NCBI GenBank assembly: GCA_013239625.1
Contig: MU055456.1
Coordinates: 1,424,403 to 1,488,402, forward strand
DNA from: Lama guanicoe
Lineage: Eukaryota
Length of the DNA stretch: 64,000 bases
Direction of reading: 5' to 3'
The stretch's first letter is position 1. Every line of letters starts with the position of its first letter. The notes beneath the pieces were generated by a model. That model made no database searches. It saw nothing but the letters and a program-made list of their open reading frames with translations, and had not been told where the DNA came from. Below are positions 12,612 to 27,654 of this stretch, one piece after another. Both the position numbers and the translations under genes were made by a program.

Positions 12612-14397
12612 CTGAGGGACGGAATCAAATGAAAATTTTAAAAAGCAAAATTAAAACAAAACAAAATAAAATGTTTAAAACAACACAGTGCAGGAAGCAA
12701 ATTAACTTTTGGGTGGCAGAACGTATGTGGAAAATAAAAATATTGTAGCAAAGGATGGCTTTAGAGCTTGTCATAGTAAAAGAAAACAAACAATGTGTCA
12801 CTTAGAGCTTGGAAGAGTGTGTTACTTCTCTTAGGGTGCCAGAATTCAGTCACTATGCTGTGACAGGACTGCCTGTATCACCCGAGGAGAATTAGCCCAT
12901 CTCCCAAGATGTAATGTGAACTCAAGAAACCGTTTACTCACCAAGTAGATCTAATACTGAAAAAAAGATTACTCCTACAAAACACTTGCTTTAGGTCCTC
13001 TGTTGAGAAATATTTCATAACACACTAGTTTTGTTAATGTAGAAATATGCATCCTTTCATACTTTTCCATGTAAGTGCAAAAATTAAATTAGAAATATAA
13101 AAATAAAAATAGCCAACTAATTATCAGCTTTAATGGAAGTAGCAGTATTCATAATCTAAAATTCAGTGGCTGACATGTCATTCTGATGGTTTTGGAATGG
13201 ATTATATGATAATGGACTAACTTTTCCATTACTTTGTATTCAGTGGCTTGGGAATTGAAATTTTTCAATTTCTAATCCACAAGCAGATAATTCAGTTGCC
13301 AACAATATATAACACCATACTGACATCTTTACACATTAATCAAGGCAAATATGAATTTAACATCATGAACATATATGGAGTATACTCACAAATGGAACAG
13401 CTATAAAGAGTTAAAAGCATGTAGATGTTGTCTCAACCAGCTCTTAATTAATTCAAGGTTTCCAGCGCTTACCCATGAACTGCATCAGAGATCAGCAACA
13501 CTGAGACTTACGGGGTCTTTGACACACATGACAGGCCTCTGTGCTAGAGGCGCAACGTCTACACCAGTGGAAAAAAAAACCAGGAATGCACACTGGCCTC
13601 TTCAAAGTCACAAACATCCTCCTGCTCACCCCTTGTTGCTGACTTGACATGTTAAATACTCCACTGGCACCTGACACTTCAGTGATGCTTCAGCATCTAT
13701 GCATTTAATGCATGGAGAGCTTCCCTCCCTTCCTTAACCTACATACTCAAAGGTATAAATTCAGACTTTCAGTGACTTCTCTGAGCCTCCATCAGAATAC
13801 GGGTGATTTTCAATTCTGGAACTGGCACATGTCCTATACACATCATCTCCCACCTCAAAACAGAGCGCCAGAAAAGGCCACCCATCCTTTTCCTCTTTTA
13901 AAGGTTTCATATTAGTTCTGAACTTCTATTTTCAAAACAGAAATGTGCAGGCTTACAAACTACAGACAACATCAAAGCCCCATTTTTTCACACATCTAAG
14001 TCTCCCACGTTTCTCTGCCTCATCAGTCCTGCTGTTTCTGGCTAATCGACTACATTGTATCAATAACTGGGCAGTTACTTTTTTAACAGTCATATGTGAC
14101 CACTGGTCAATTAATTCCAGGCCAGGGTAACTCCTACATGCACTGTGCAAAACGGAACTCTCTTTCACACTGGGAGAATCTCATTAATCCCTGTCCCTGT
14201 TCAACAACAACCTGGCTCTAAAGAGCAAAGTCACTTTCCAAGGTCCCATTAGTGGGGCCTGGGGGCCCCCACTCAGACCACAAGGCTAGGATAATGGGGT
14301 GTTTGCAGAAGGCTCATGAGGGGCTCTCAACAAAGACTGGCGTTAAGATGCTCACACTAGAAAGAAGAAAACTGGAGAGACCAGGTCTACATGTTCA

Positions 14398-14544
<147 letters not shown>

Positions 14545-15189
14545 TCACACCATCGTAGATCTAGAAACACATTTCCCAAAGCGTTCTTCCTGTCCTCATC
14601 CACACGCCTCCGAAACCACTGTGACACAGCACTCGGCTCCCGTCACCCTGCTCTCTCTCCGCTCAGCCTCGTGCCCAGGCCACGGCAGCCAGCGACCTGA
14701 AGCAAGTTCTTCTCTCCCGTTTCTCGACTCTGTGCTTCTCTTCAGTTTCAAATGTTCAACCTTACTCAACCATTCACCTAAAGCCATGCTAATCCCACCA
14801 ACCAAGCATTTCCTTGTGTCCAGGGACTTCTAAGTATATTCAGACCACATCAAAACAAAACCAACCTGGACCCAAAGACAAATCACCACTGGAAAATGTT
14901 CTATGGTCTGACTGAGACTGTGTAAGCCGAAACCGGACTTTTTCTGAAGGTCATCCATAGCTCAGGTTGGAGACAGAAGCAATTTGTAATGGAGGGGGCT
15001 ATATTTAAAGCAGAACAACCTTGAGCAGTTGGTTTCTTCCTCTTATCAAGAGATGGGGTCACGATGGCCCTTTCTCAAAGGCTAGGACTGTTTACGGTTA
15101 GGATTTTAACATGTGGTCCTGGGTTTGGTGCTCTTAATTTCCAGCCATTATTTTAGATGGGTTTCTAAATTAAACCATGACAGCAAACA

Positions 15190-15760
15190 GAGACGTGCTG
15201 ACAGTATCGGAGCTTGAGGCAAAAGGAAAGACATGTGTCCCTGGCTTTAAAGGAAGCAAACTCATCAATTAGATTTTCAAAATCTACTCCTCTCCTCATC
15301 TTGTTTTCAAATGAGAGAACTGCCATGCTTGACAATTTCTCCTGACCAAGTGAAGATCTTGCATAATTTTTAATTAATTTAGAATGTATTAGAATTTTAC
15401 TTCAGCCTATCTGGGTATAAATCAAATATTTAAACTTAAAATGGTATGAGTTTTAATATACCTACTTTTCAGTGTTTCCCCATTTTTCTCAAGAACTTTA
15501 ATGGTCTGGGAAGAAATTAACCGTTAGAAATTACATAAACCCATGTCTCTAGGGGCACACACTCCTCCTTTCGCCTCAGGCTCCCATCTGTTTCAGCATG
15601 GCACTGGTCTTTGGAAAGTCAGTATCTCGTTCATCATGGATCGTTCTGCATTAATTTTTGATTAAAATACTATTTTATCTTGATTACTGAGATTTTTGGC
15701 TCTCCCTTAAATTGACTGCTCAAGTCGAGTACCACACTCACCTGGCCCTGGCCCAGGGCC
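15190..15760. mobile_element. Degenerate hAT-type (Tip100-like) DNA transposon remnants
   Basis: Imperfect inverted repeats cgtgctgacagtatcggagcttgaggcaaaagga (about 15195) and tcctttcgcctcaggctcccatctgtttcagcatggcactg (about 15566-15606); the subfamily is uncertain. Confidence 0.5.
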
Positions 15761-16633
15761 TGGGGCCCTGGGTGTGATTCCCAAGGGGGTAATTATCAAC
15801 TCTACCTGCTGGGGGAAGGCCAATGCCCACACCACGCTTGACGCAGCCCACACAGCAAAGTCTCTGCTACACAGCAACACCAATAAGGATCTTTTTTTAA
15901 ATCAAAGAAATGCCGGAAACCAAGGATATTTATTCCTACTGCTATAATTTGACCGACCTTCTGCGTTGCTGGCAAATATTCTATCTCTTTTACATCTTGT
16001 TTTTTCTTTGTCAACCAAAGATGGGTTGAATTTCTAAAGTCATTATTAAATGGGATTAAGGTTTTGCTAGTTCTGTTCTTGATCGAGACCCTAAGAATTT
16101 TCCAGGCCTGTATACAAAACAGAGAGAGCCTATTACAGCGATGAAATCAAGAACAACGCCAATGTCATCTCCTTGTTGGGATTCGCAGTCTTAGTTCTAA
16201 TAAACTCCCTACCGCTCCCTCTCAAATACCTCTCCAAGAATCCATCACATTACTATCCAGAACTCTGTGTAATTACACATTTTGACAACCAAAAGTGATT
16301 GAAACACTAGGCTATTTAATGCCCCAAACCAATGATTAATGAGAATGTTAAAGATCTAAATGCAAAGACGTCAAACAATGACAAGATTTTCAAGGCAGAA
16401 GTTAGTGAGCTAAGGATGAAATGTCTCCTGTGATACTAGGATGTGAGGCATGCACAGCTCCACGATGACGAACAAAGAAATATGGGCATGTTATTCACAG
16501 CGCTAGAAAAATAGGTCTACGGGATCAGACTAAGAAATCAATTATAAAAGTGCTTGAGACAGACACGGTGATGGAGGAGGGTGACTGCGACAGTCATCAC
16601 AAAACGCCATGGCACAGTGATGCTCAGATATAC

Positions 16634-16729
16634 CGTTGGTGGACTCAGCAGTGGCAGCAGTGGTCCCTGGGTCCGGAGGGAGGGCGCTGGCTGCTAAACC
16701 TAGAGGGGGTGGGGTATTTCCTGATTCAC
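16634..16729 (-). CDS. MAP7D2: MAP7D2 cassette exon (96 nt, phase 1-1): GESGNTPPPLGLAASALPPDPGTTAATAESTN
   Basis: Long pyrimidine tract + tgtgtag|GT, weak donor ACG|gtatat, open and frame-preserving; resembles the recalled human isoform insert GESENTPPPPLGLAASTLPPDAGTTAAAAESTN. Confidence 0.85.
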
Positions 16730-16845
16730 CTACACAGCAAAAAATCAGAGCAAAGAGAGGTAAAAGAAAAAAGCCCCAATTTCTGGCTGACTCTAGTTTC
16801 TATAAAGAAATTAGAAAAAGTAACTGAAATGGCTTTTTGATTCTC

Positions 16846-16863
16846 AAAAAAAAAAAAAAAAAA
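16846..16863. repeat. A18 homopolymer (poly-U on the gene strand, upstream of the 96-nt exon)
   Basis: Seen directly. Confidence 0.9.
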
Positions 16864-17450
16864 GAAAAAGTAGATTCACTGACATAAGGTTAAAAGCACA
16901 ATACAGCAAAGTCAAGAAACCGTACCACAGAGGTAAACCCATTTGCTCTCAGAAAGAGCTTGGTATACGACTCCTCCATAATAAAATGGCAAAGTCACAG
17001 AAAAGCAGACAGACACTTTTTTTAAAACAGAGGGCAAAGCCACTCAGAGACTAGTAACAATCCATACATTAAATTAAACATTTGAAAATTTAAAGATGAG
17101 TATGAATCAGAGAATGAAATAAATAAGTCACCTTGAAACAAAATTAAAAGAGCAACAGAAATTAATAATGAGGAGGGAAGAACCCCAGCCCCTTCTAGGG
17201 GCAGCTGCTGCTCAGCCTTGCTCGGCCACACCGCGCCGTGGCTGAGCCTACTGCCAGTGACCTTCCTGAAATCAGGTTACCTCTGGGCTTGCTAGGCGGA
17301 TCCGGCTAACCAGGCTCTGCACTCATTTTCCTTGCTTTACTTTTGCTTTATCTCAAAGCCCAGTTATTGTATCAACTGCCGTTTGCTAGCAAGAAGAACG
17401 CACACATCCTCTTCAAGAGAAACGCATACACAGGAAGCCTGGCAGCTTTA

Positions 17451-17696
<246 letters not shown>

Positions 17697-19779
17697 TCAC
17701 GCGAGGGAGAGCGAGATTAACTGTGCGGCCCCACTGCAATGCCGCGCCTCCAGGCTGCAGTGAGTCACCGAACGTGGCTCTCCGCTCCGCATCCAAACCC
17801 CAGGCACACGTGCTCTCTCCACCACACCAGCACCTTCTTAGTGGGTGGAAAGTAAACAATGCGGCTAGTGCTGGCTCCCGGCCAGACACTTCTTCCCTCC
17901 CCAGGGACAGGCTGCGGCAGCCAGGCTTGATTTGGTTAAGAATAATGCCAGACAAGGATTAACTCCTTGAGGCCTGTCTCAGCCAGTAGAACTGGAATTG
18001 TGCTCTAGAACCAACTGCATCCTCTCTAGTTGAAAAGCATAAAACACTCTGATTTGAGAAAGTTGAGATTAAAATATAATTTAAATTTTTACAGCCTTAA
18101 GCGCAACTTTTTGGGGTGATACATCATGACCTTGAGGCCTATTTTGCAAAGCCCAATTTTCATCTTAGAACTTCGTAAAGGGGAATTAATTGTTTTCTAC
18201 GTTGTAACACTTTCCTGCCACATAGAATTCTGGGGATAATACTGCATATTTCAAAATGTAAAAGAGATAAGAGTAGGGAAACTCCTGGCCACAAAATTAA
18301 GCAGCTATGTATTCTCAGAGTTAGATGAGGGGACGGGAGGAAGAACTAAACAGTTTTTAGCCAGAAAAGAAAAACAACAACTAGGTTTCTCTCTTAACAG
18401 AGCACTTATCAAAAGTACTCCCCTGTATTAATCAAACTGTTGTTTTCATCAAGTTGGGCCTGACTTCTGGCAAATATTTCCTTGGCCCTGGGGGGAAGCT
18501 GCTCTAATGCTGCACTCCCACCACCTTGGTGACACCGCAAATACCCGATCCTCTCCGTGCCTCTGCTGGAGGAGGCCCGCCAGGTACCCGGTTACACTGG
18601 CACATTTTCACCCTCAGAAAACCCAACCTTGAGGTGCTCCAGGAACTGGCCTAATCTTAGCCTAACTTCAAAACAAAAAAGTACTGTTGTCTCATGGCTT
18701 GAATAAACAAGCAAGCAAAATTAATTTAGGGCAGCACTAACTGAGTAAATCTTTATTTCACTCACTAGAAACACAGAAAGGTCACTTAGGAGGGGCCTGG
18801 ACCTATCCCTTCTGCCCACAGCTCAGCCTCCTCTACATAATTTCCCTCTGAATAGCACCTTGCTAAAAGATGGCCTGTCCAGGGCCCTGTGAGTAGAAGC
18901 GGGATTTCATTCCTCCTGAAAGTCTCAGACTTATATTTGCTATTAACTGCACTCTAGTTTTTGGCTGAGACTTTACGATCATGAGTGTGCATTTCCTGGC
19001 AGAGTCCTGTCCTCACGATCCTGGCCCATTAAATTCTCACAGACAAACCCACTAGTTTGTCTCAGAAAAGATGAGGGCTTGGAGGAACTAGAACTTCTTG
19101 ACTATTTGAGGATTGAAGTATGGTCACTCCAACTTGGGGCCAAATAATATTTCATTATATGGATTTAACATCAAGTATTTAACCAACAATTTAAGTGTTG
19201 AAATCTTTCACCTCAGAGTGAATTTAGTATTGAGTGTATGGGAGATTGCCTACATGCCAAAAGGATCTCACAGGACAGTCCCTCATCTACTAGGAGACTA
19301 ATGAGAACAAAGAACACCAAGACTTGTCAGCCAACCTTATCACTGAACAGCTATCTAGGGGCTTAATTATAAGGGAATGCTCACCTAAAGCCAAACCTAC
19401 CCCTGGACTGTTCAGGTATTCTTAGGAAAAATATCTGTCATCTACCCCCAATCCACTGAGCTGCTCCAAATTTCACCATTAGAGATTCATTCCTTTGAAC
19501 TATTAGGCTCATGAAAATGAAGCTATCCTTGAGAGAAGACACAATCACTTTGTGTCATCCACTTTTGGAGAGATGAAAAGTAGGTGGTAACCAAGCTCTA
19601 TGGTAAGGGGACTTAGGAAGACTGAAATCATCTGAATGGGGTGATTCAACACATCAAAACCAAAACTGGTCCACTTCACCCTTATTAGAGGTTAGTTGCG
19701 TATAGGTCAGTATTACCGAGCATGTGTGTGTATTTTTCCGTTCCTTTATGCGATGGAATGTAAAGAATCCTATATTTAG

Positions 19780-19960
19780 TCAGGAGACATGGATTCAAAT
19801 CTCACTTCTGCCTGCCACTTTTTAGCCCCTTGACCTTGAGTTAATTGTTGAACATCCTTGGGCATTAGTTTCCTTGTCTATAAACTGGAAAAGATATTAC
19901 CTATATTACAGATCATTCAAGTCTGCAAGATAATAACTAGCGTAGTTAAGTCCTAAAACA
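19780..19960 (+). mobile_element. MIR
   Basis: gtcaggagacatggattcaaatctc...tgaccttgag...agtttccttgtctataaactgg. Confidence 0.65.
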
Positions 19961-20011
19961 ATGCTAACTGAATCCAAACTTGAAGAGGACTGTTAACATG
20001 GCAGTTTAAAG

Positions 20012-20204
20012 CAGTGGTTCTCAAACCTGAGTGAGCTTGCATCAGAATCCCCCGAAGGGCTTGTTAAAATACCAATTGCTGAGCTCCACGCCCAGAGTTT
20101 CTGATTCAGCAGATCTGAGATGAACTTGCTGAGAATATGCATTTCTGAGAAGTGCCCAGGCGATGCTGGTGCTGCTGGTCCTGGGACTATGCTGAGAACC
20201 ACGG
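20012..20204. mobile_element. MER5A (hAT-Charlie), near full length
   Basis: TIRs cagtggttctcaaa ... tgagaaccacgg; internal catcagaatc and gagtttctgattcag. Confidence 0.85.
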
Positions 20205-23200
20205 GTTAGAGGAAAGGCGGAGCACGAGAGAACGTGCACGAGAAAGCTCAACCACGTCAGAAGAACGGTATTAATAATATTAGCACTCCTGCTAAGTTCT
20301 GGTTCTCCTGAGTATCATCTGATGATCAACAGAGGATGGGGAAAGGGCAACGTAGGTTCTTGTTCTGAGAATGTCCTCTACTGGGTGGGGCTTAGTGGAA
20401 GAAAGGAAGGAGGGCAACTCACCCCGACCCCTTGAGCCCTGGCCTTAGATCTGCCTGGAGGAACTCAGAAGGGAACCACAATCAAGGTGACCCACCGAGC
20501 TGACCGATCAGTACAAAAGGCCTCCAAGCAGGGTACTGTGACCCAGCCAGCTGTCTCTGGCAAGGGTTGAGGGCTGGCTATGACTTTTCTGCTGCCCTTT
20601 CCACATGTGTTCTGGGGATGACAGTGTGGGGACAAGCCCCCAACTGGTCCTAAGCAGGGCTCTGCAGACAGATGTCCACATCTGGCCAGAAGGCCATGTG
20701 GTCACCATGGCCCCATGCCAGCCAATGCCTTCTGAGAGCAGACAGCTCGCAGCTCAGTGAAGTTTTTGTTGAGTTGAGTTCAGAAATGTCTTGTTTTTAT
20801 GCTCAGTCTGATAGGTTTTGTTAGGCATCAAACAATAAGATCGTGAGAAGTTGTGATGTGTCACAGTAACTTATAGCTATGAAGCTACTTTTTGAAAGAG
20901 GCCTTTCCTGGTTATCTGTTTAGCATGAGGAAGATGGAGTGGGCTTTGCCAAATCCCATTTTCCAGGGCTCCTAGTCATGAAGCTATAGACCTCTGAGTG
21001 GAGAAGGTGAGCACATGATGCTCTCAGCCTTAACCAAGGTAGGTGACAAGAACTTGTTCCAGAAGCTCAATTCCTGGGAGCTGTGTGGCATGTGAGGGTT
21101 GGAAGAACCCACCGTGAGGAGAAGGCAACCTCCAGCGAGAGAACGAGCTCAAGGTCACAGTGCTGAGTGGACACTGGACTCCCCTTCCCTAGGACAGGCC
21201 TGCTAGCTTTCAGCTCCCCAGCCCTCGAGACCTTTGGGGGCCAAGCTGGCTATGGTGCCCACTTCTGTGTTGGTGAGAGGAGCTACCAAGAACAAGATCA
21301 TGGCAACAACCCTAGGGACATGGAGCCAGGGCAGGGCAGGGGGAGGTGGGGAGTCGACAGGCCTTTCATGAGCTCCTAATATCAGGCACAGAGACGTAGG
21401 AGTTGGTGGGCAATGTAAACACTTTCCCGTAAGCTACAGAAGCAAAATGGAATCAAGCATCTTCCTGTGGAGGCTTCTCCCTCCTTGACAGAGACAGACC
21501 CTGACACAAAGAACTCAAATCTGGCACTGAGAAGAGCACGGAGCGTCTCCACAGCCACGCGCCATGCAGGCAGCAGCCCTCCCACAGCTCTCCAGTGGAC
21601 CATGGGGGCAAGCACAGAGGGTTTCCTTTGGAAAGGGCTCCCGCAGCAGGGGCCTACCCATCCTCTCCAAAGACCACCCACGAGAACACCAACAGGACCC
21701 CTGCACCAGCAGAGTGCTGATGACGATGTGGGTGACAGGCCGGCCTGCCTGTGGAGAGTCCCTAAGCTCCACCCGGGCCTCCCGGAGCTCTGAGGGTGGG
21801 CACAGTGGCAGAGGGAGGCCACTGCTTCCTTGGCTTGCTCTACACCTAAGCGAGGCCCAGCTCCCAGCCCTGCCCTGCTGCGTCCGGGGAGAACGGGAAG
21901 CAAGCTCGGCTTCTACTTGTGCTGCCCGGGGTCAGGCAGCACCCCTCACTCCTCACACACAAAGCAAATAAATTATCCCAAGCGCAACCACTCAAGATTC
22001 AGCTGCATCAGGACACAGAATCTGGCATAAAATTCTCTCATGTGCAAGAGAGGGGAGTCTGACAGCTTGATGAAAAATGCTTCCGGCACAACTGTTCAAT
22101 AAGGAAAAATGAGAAACAGGGAGTGCTTCAAAGGTGGACCCTGAGACACTGTCACGGGTGGCAGAGGCTCAGAAGTGTCTCCCGTGACTTCATGGTGGCC
22201 CTTCCCGGAAACAGCAGCGACACGCACCCTCTGGCATGAATCATCCCGCAGGATGTCAGGAGTGGAAATGGAGAGAGCAGGGATAAAGCAAACAAGCTGT
22301 GAGTCAGGGTGGGAAAAACGGGTTAGTCCAGAGACTCATGACAAATACACACCGGCTGAGAAAGGAGAGCTCAGCCCTGGGTCACGGAAACAGCCCGTCG
22401 CACTGGGGCTTTTCTCTGTCTCTGGACTCTGTGCCATGATCTCTTCTGAGTAGCTCTCTCTTGGCCTTACTTCAGCCAAGACCAGCTGGAGTTGGGGAAT
22501 GGAAGTGAACATTCTGAGTGACTACTCTGTGCTAGGTGCTCCGATGGTTCTGTCACAGAAGTCACCTCCTTCAATTCCTGTGACCGCCTCTCTTTTGGGC
22601 CGAGGAGGCTGAGTTAGAGGGGCTCTGTGATGTGGCCCTGGCTGTCAGCTGTTTAGTGCTAGAGCTGGGACGCACACCAGGAACCGACCAAGCCACACAG
22701 CGATCCGGCTGTGCCACCGACAGCAAACTGTGGCTGAGACCCTTGCTCAGGGCCCCATTTGCTAAGAGGGACAAAGACAGCACCATTTAAACCACTACTT
22801 TGTGGGCAAAGATGGATCTGTGTGTATGTGTGCGCATGCATGTTTGTGGTTTTTTTAAGTAAAAAAAGAGGAAAGGGTAAAGATACATAGTGATAAACAA
22901 TTGAGAGATTTTTTAAAAATACTGAATTTATACCAATATCCCTGTAATCCTACAGCGCTGGTGATTACCAAACCTCTATATTGTTCACACTCAGTGATGA
23001 GTCACTGTACCTCATGAATAAAAAATGAGCATCACCTGACACAAGGCTATGATTACATCCTTAAAATATACTTGTTAAGAAAATCTATACCCCAAATATG
23101 CTTTCTAAATATATTTTCAAAGTTTAGTAATAAAGCACTCTGTTGGGGTAATTAGATTCCAGTTCTTTTTTAAAAGATAACTGGAAAGATAGGAGGATTA

Positions 23201-23399
23201 AAGCAAGCAACTGCATTAAGCTATAAAGAGATTCGCCTGTTTGTGTTTGAAGGCAGATGGTCTGATTTTCCAGCAGTGAATTACAAGGTCATGTCACCCT
23301 CTACCCTCACAGCCCTTCCTCTAGCCTCGGCGTCTGCCCGGGAAGCACAGACTCCCCATGTCATCTTGGGTCTATGTTACCCGGCTCCCATCCACAATC

Positions 23400-24110
<711 letters not shown>

Positions 24111-24891
24111 GTGCCATCGCTACCAGGGCAGACAGATCCCCTTACTGGGCCACACGCCGAGTGAGAAAGCAGTCGTCAGGGTCATTTGCTCAGAACACAG
24201 TCACTGTTCATCATCAGGTGCTGCGCACTGGACGCCGAGCCAGGTGAGGGGTACACGGGAGAGGGTGAAGAGGAAATGCCTTCCCCAAGACGGTGACTAA
24301 GGGGCCTGCAATTCCACCCGGCGAGTCAGCCAAGCAGTCCCTGGAGGACGATGCCTGAGCTGGCCACGAGTAGCAGGAGGCGATGGTGTAGAAGAATCTG
24401 AAAGCTCCTCATCTATCCCCTGCCGGGGGCACCCACTCCACCCACCGCAGGGCGCCCCTGGGGAATCAGCTGGACTTCTCTGTCCATAGCCCACAAGAGA
24501 GGCAGCCTTTCTCAACTAGGTTCCCCATCCTAACACAGATGTCGAGGGTGTGCTGTTCCCAGTTCTCTGGAGGACAGCCCTTACCACCATCACCCTGGAG
24601 AGAGGCTGTGCCTAAGGGGCAGGGTGGCCACTGTCCTGTTCTTCACCGTCCTGTTCTTCACCGTCCCGCCCCCTGCCCCCAGCACGCCGCCCACCACACT
24701 GCAGAGTTCAATGCTTGCTCAGTGAGCAAATTAACTGTTCTGAGAATTACATAACAACCGTGAGCAGGCCAGTGGGTTTGCCCCCAATTCACCACGCTCA
24801 TCCAGCACTGCCCTAATTCTCTTTCCAGTCAATCACAATTTCTAAGGCTCTTGAGAAAGGACACTGCCATATCTCCACTGCCTTGGACCTA

Positions 24892-25020
<129 letters not shown>

Positions 25021-27039
25021 TTACTCTCCCTGTCTGCTGAGTGCCAGGGGCCATGGGGACTGGGCCCAGGGCCTGGGCACACGCACACACCATCCATCAC
25101 CATCGCTTCATCCACGCAGACCAGATCCATCACTTCCCACCCCCACACACATGGCCCAGCCCCGAGAGCGCAGGGGTGGAAGCCACGACTTCTACACTCA
25201 CCCATCAAGCTGTGCTGCAGTGGTCCCAGGGCCCCTGCACTGGGCCTGGCCCTGGAGGGTCCAGGAAGCACAGTACGTGACAGAGAGGCATGGTCATGTG
25301 CAGAAAAGCCCACTGGGGCTCCCTGAGTCTGGCCCCCAGGGAAACGGAGAAGCACGAAAGTGTACACAATTATTACACAGACAGTGAACATTCGACTTTC
25401 TGGAAGGAGCCAATGGCTGAGGAACACGTGTGAGCTCCTCGGGTGAGCATTGAGAAAATACAACAATCGAGTTTGATTTTATGTCTGCTAAGTTTGTTCT
25501 GATGTCAATCTTAGCATTTTAAAATCACAAAGAAGGAATATAATGTACTCCTGTTTAACTGTTATTTAAATATCTACAACAACTAAGATGGAACAAATTG
25601 CAGTTTCCCCCATGATGTCCGGGAAACATCCCAGGAGCTACGGATCTCCACCCATCTTCTACAGGACCCGAAAGGGCTTTCTGAATTAAAGATTAAATGA
25701 ATTCCATGGTCATCTTAAAAATAATTTATTGTACTTGGTCACAGCTGGTCATTCATGAGTATTATTTATCTAATATTCAACCATCCCATTCTGGAGAAAT
25801 CAGCTTGAGTGTCGGATTCACCTTCCCAGCACCTGGGCCCCCCTCTCTGGTAGCGTCACACGCTGACTTCACAGTGTGCCTTGCTGCCACAGTGACCTGC
25901 GCCCCCTTCAGGGATGTTCTAGCCGCTGTCCACGAGAGGGACCCAAGGCTTAGACTGCAGTGCAGGCCGCAGGAATGCAGATGAGGATGGACCTCATAAA
26001 CACTGGATGATCACGATTCGGCACCAACATCTAATCTGCAGCCTGGATTATGCAGCAGGGATATTAAAGTTCAAGAGAGAAGTCCTAGAAAATCAACCCC
26101 GAGTACAGGTGCCATTCCCCATGTTTGTTTTCAGTCAACTCTTAATCATTATGATGCTACCAATGACAGGAACAGCATCAAGAATTTAAAGGCCCAACTT
26201 CCCAGCTCATCGCTGCTGGCCCCCCACAATCTGACCTCAAACTTTTTTCCCAACTTGACCTCAGCAATGCCTCTTTCGCCCACGCTCCCTGCACCTGTTA
26301 AACCCCACCCACCTTCAAGACCTCAGTTTCCCAGACCCATGGTGCTCTGTGGCCCCACACGGCTGGCAGAACCTTAATTTCATTCTGTCTGGCTGGAAAG
26401 TACTCTGAGTCAGTCTCTCTGGGGGGACAGAGAGGCCCCAAGACAAGGGTGGCTTCCACATCTCCAGGCTGCCCAGCTGGGGCCACAGTCCCACACCCAC
26501 AGGCGTCGAGGTGCACACACAAAACTCGAAGGTAGGCACATAGTCAGTACAAGGGGAGCAGGGAGATAAGACCAGGTTTCTCTTTCATGATTCTCTAAAC
26601 ATTTTCAGGCTCTAGTCTCCACCTCAAGAGCTTGATTAATAAGGATTTGTTCTGTGGTGAAAGCTACAAAGAGAAGCCTAGGACCCCTGGGCAGATGCTG
26701 GCATCAGCATGCACATCAACTCATCTGCCCAAGCAGGGCCTGCACCTCATTCTGTACTGCCTGCCACCCTCCAGATCTAACGCACAGCCTGATAACCATG
26801 GAAAGTGTTCTTCAAACAGAAGACAGAAAGAAAAACAGAGTAAAGGGCCAAACACATTTGAAACTGGCTTTGTTACCTTGACGCTTTACCAACAGAAGAC
26901 TGTTCTAGGGACATGCGTGATTTTAGGCTGCCCCCTTGTGGGCGCCTGTAAGAGTCACACCTTCAAATCATTTCCTTTCCAGAAAATCATTATCATGCTC
27001 ATGGTCATCATTACCTATTTTGTCATAACAGGAGGTGGC

Positions 27040-27260
27040 AATAGAGTGAGCAGATACTACAAACCAAGTGCCGTGCTTGAATTTACTCGGCCCAATCACC
27101 CCATGATGACGGCGGTACTATTACGATCCTCCTCTTATAGGTACAGAAAGGGAGGCACAGAGAGTTTAATGAACTTGTCCAAGGTTACCGTCAGGAAGTA
27201 GAAAAGCCAGATTCCAACATAAGAACCTGATATCAGGCCCACATTCTTAATTACTGCTTT
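27040..27260 (-). mobile_element. MIR
   Basis: gaaagggaggcacagagagtttaatgaacttgtccaaggttac core. Confidence 0.6.
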
Positions 27261-27654
27261 CTACGTGGCTCTCAGGCATAGGAGGAAACAGCCTGATCTT
27301 AGTGCCCATGAGTAAAAGCTGTCTGGCTTTCTGAGACCCAGTACTGTGCACGGGGAACAAATCCCATCCTTGTCCCAGGAATGAGCATGCAAATTTGGAG
27401 AGAAGTGCCAAGTCCAACGAATGAGAGGAGCACCAAGCAAGCACTACTCTGAGCCAAGCACTGGCCAGCTGGGCACAGATGTGCTAATTATTGGCTTCCT
27501 CTTCAAACTGATGGTTTGGAAATGTTTGGGTGCTGGGTGGGGAAGGGGGCAGCCAGACGACTCTGGGGGCAACTGTTACAAGCAATTATGCTTTGGCCCC
27601 ACTGAGTGGGCGGGGGAGTGAGTCAAACAGCCCAACGTGGGTGACTTCGAGCCT

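Noticed and set aside
15742-15767. Strong CAG|gtgagt donor with a possible 26-nt exon
   Set aside because: Lies at the end of a DNA-transposon remnant, shifts the frame and has a poor pyrimidine tract.
24633-24666. 15-bp tandem duplication gtcctgttcttcacc x2
   Set aside because: Ordinary slippage duplication in an intron; no functional signal.
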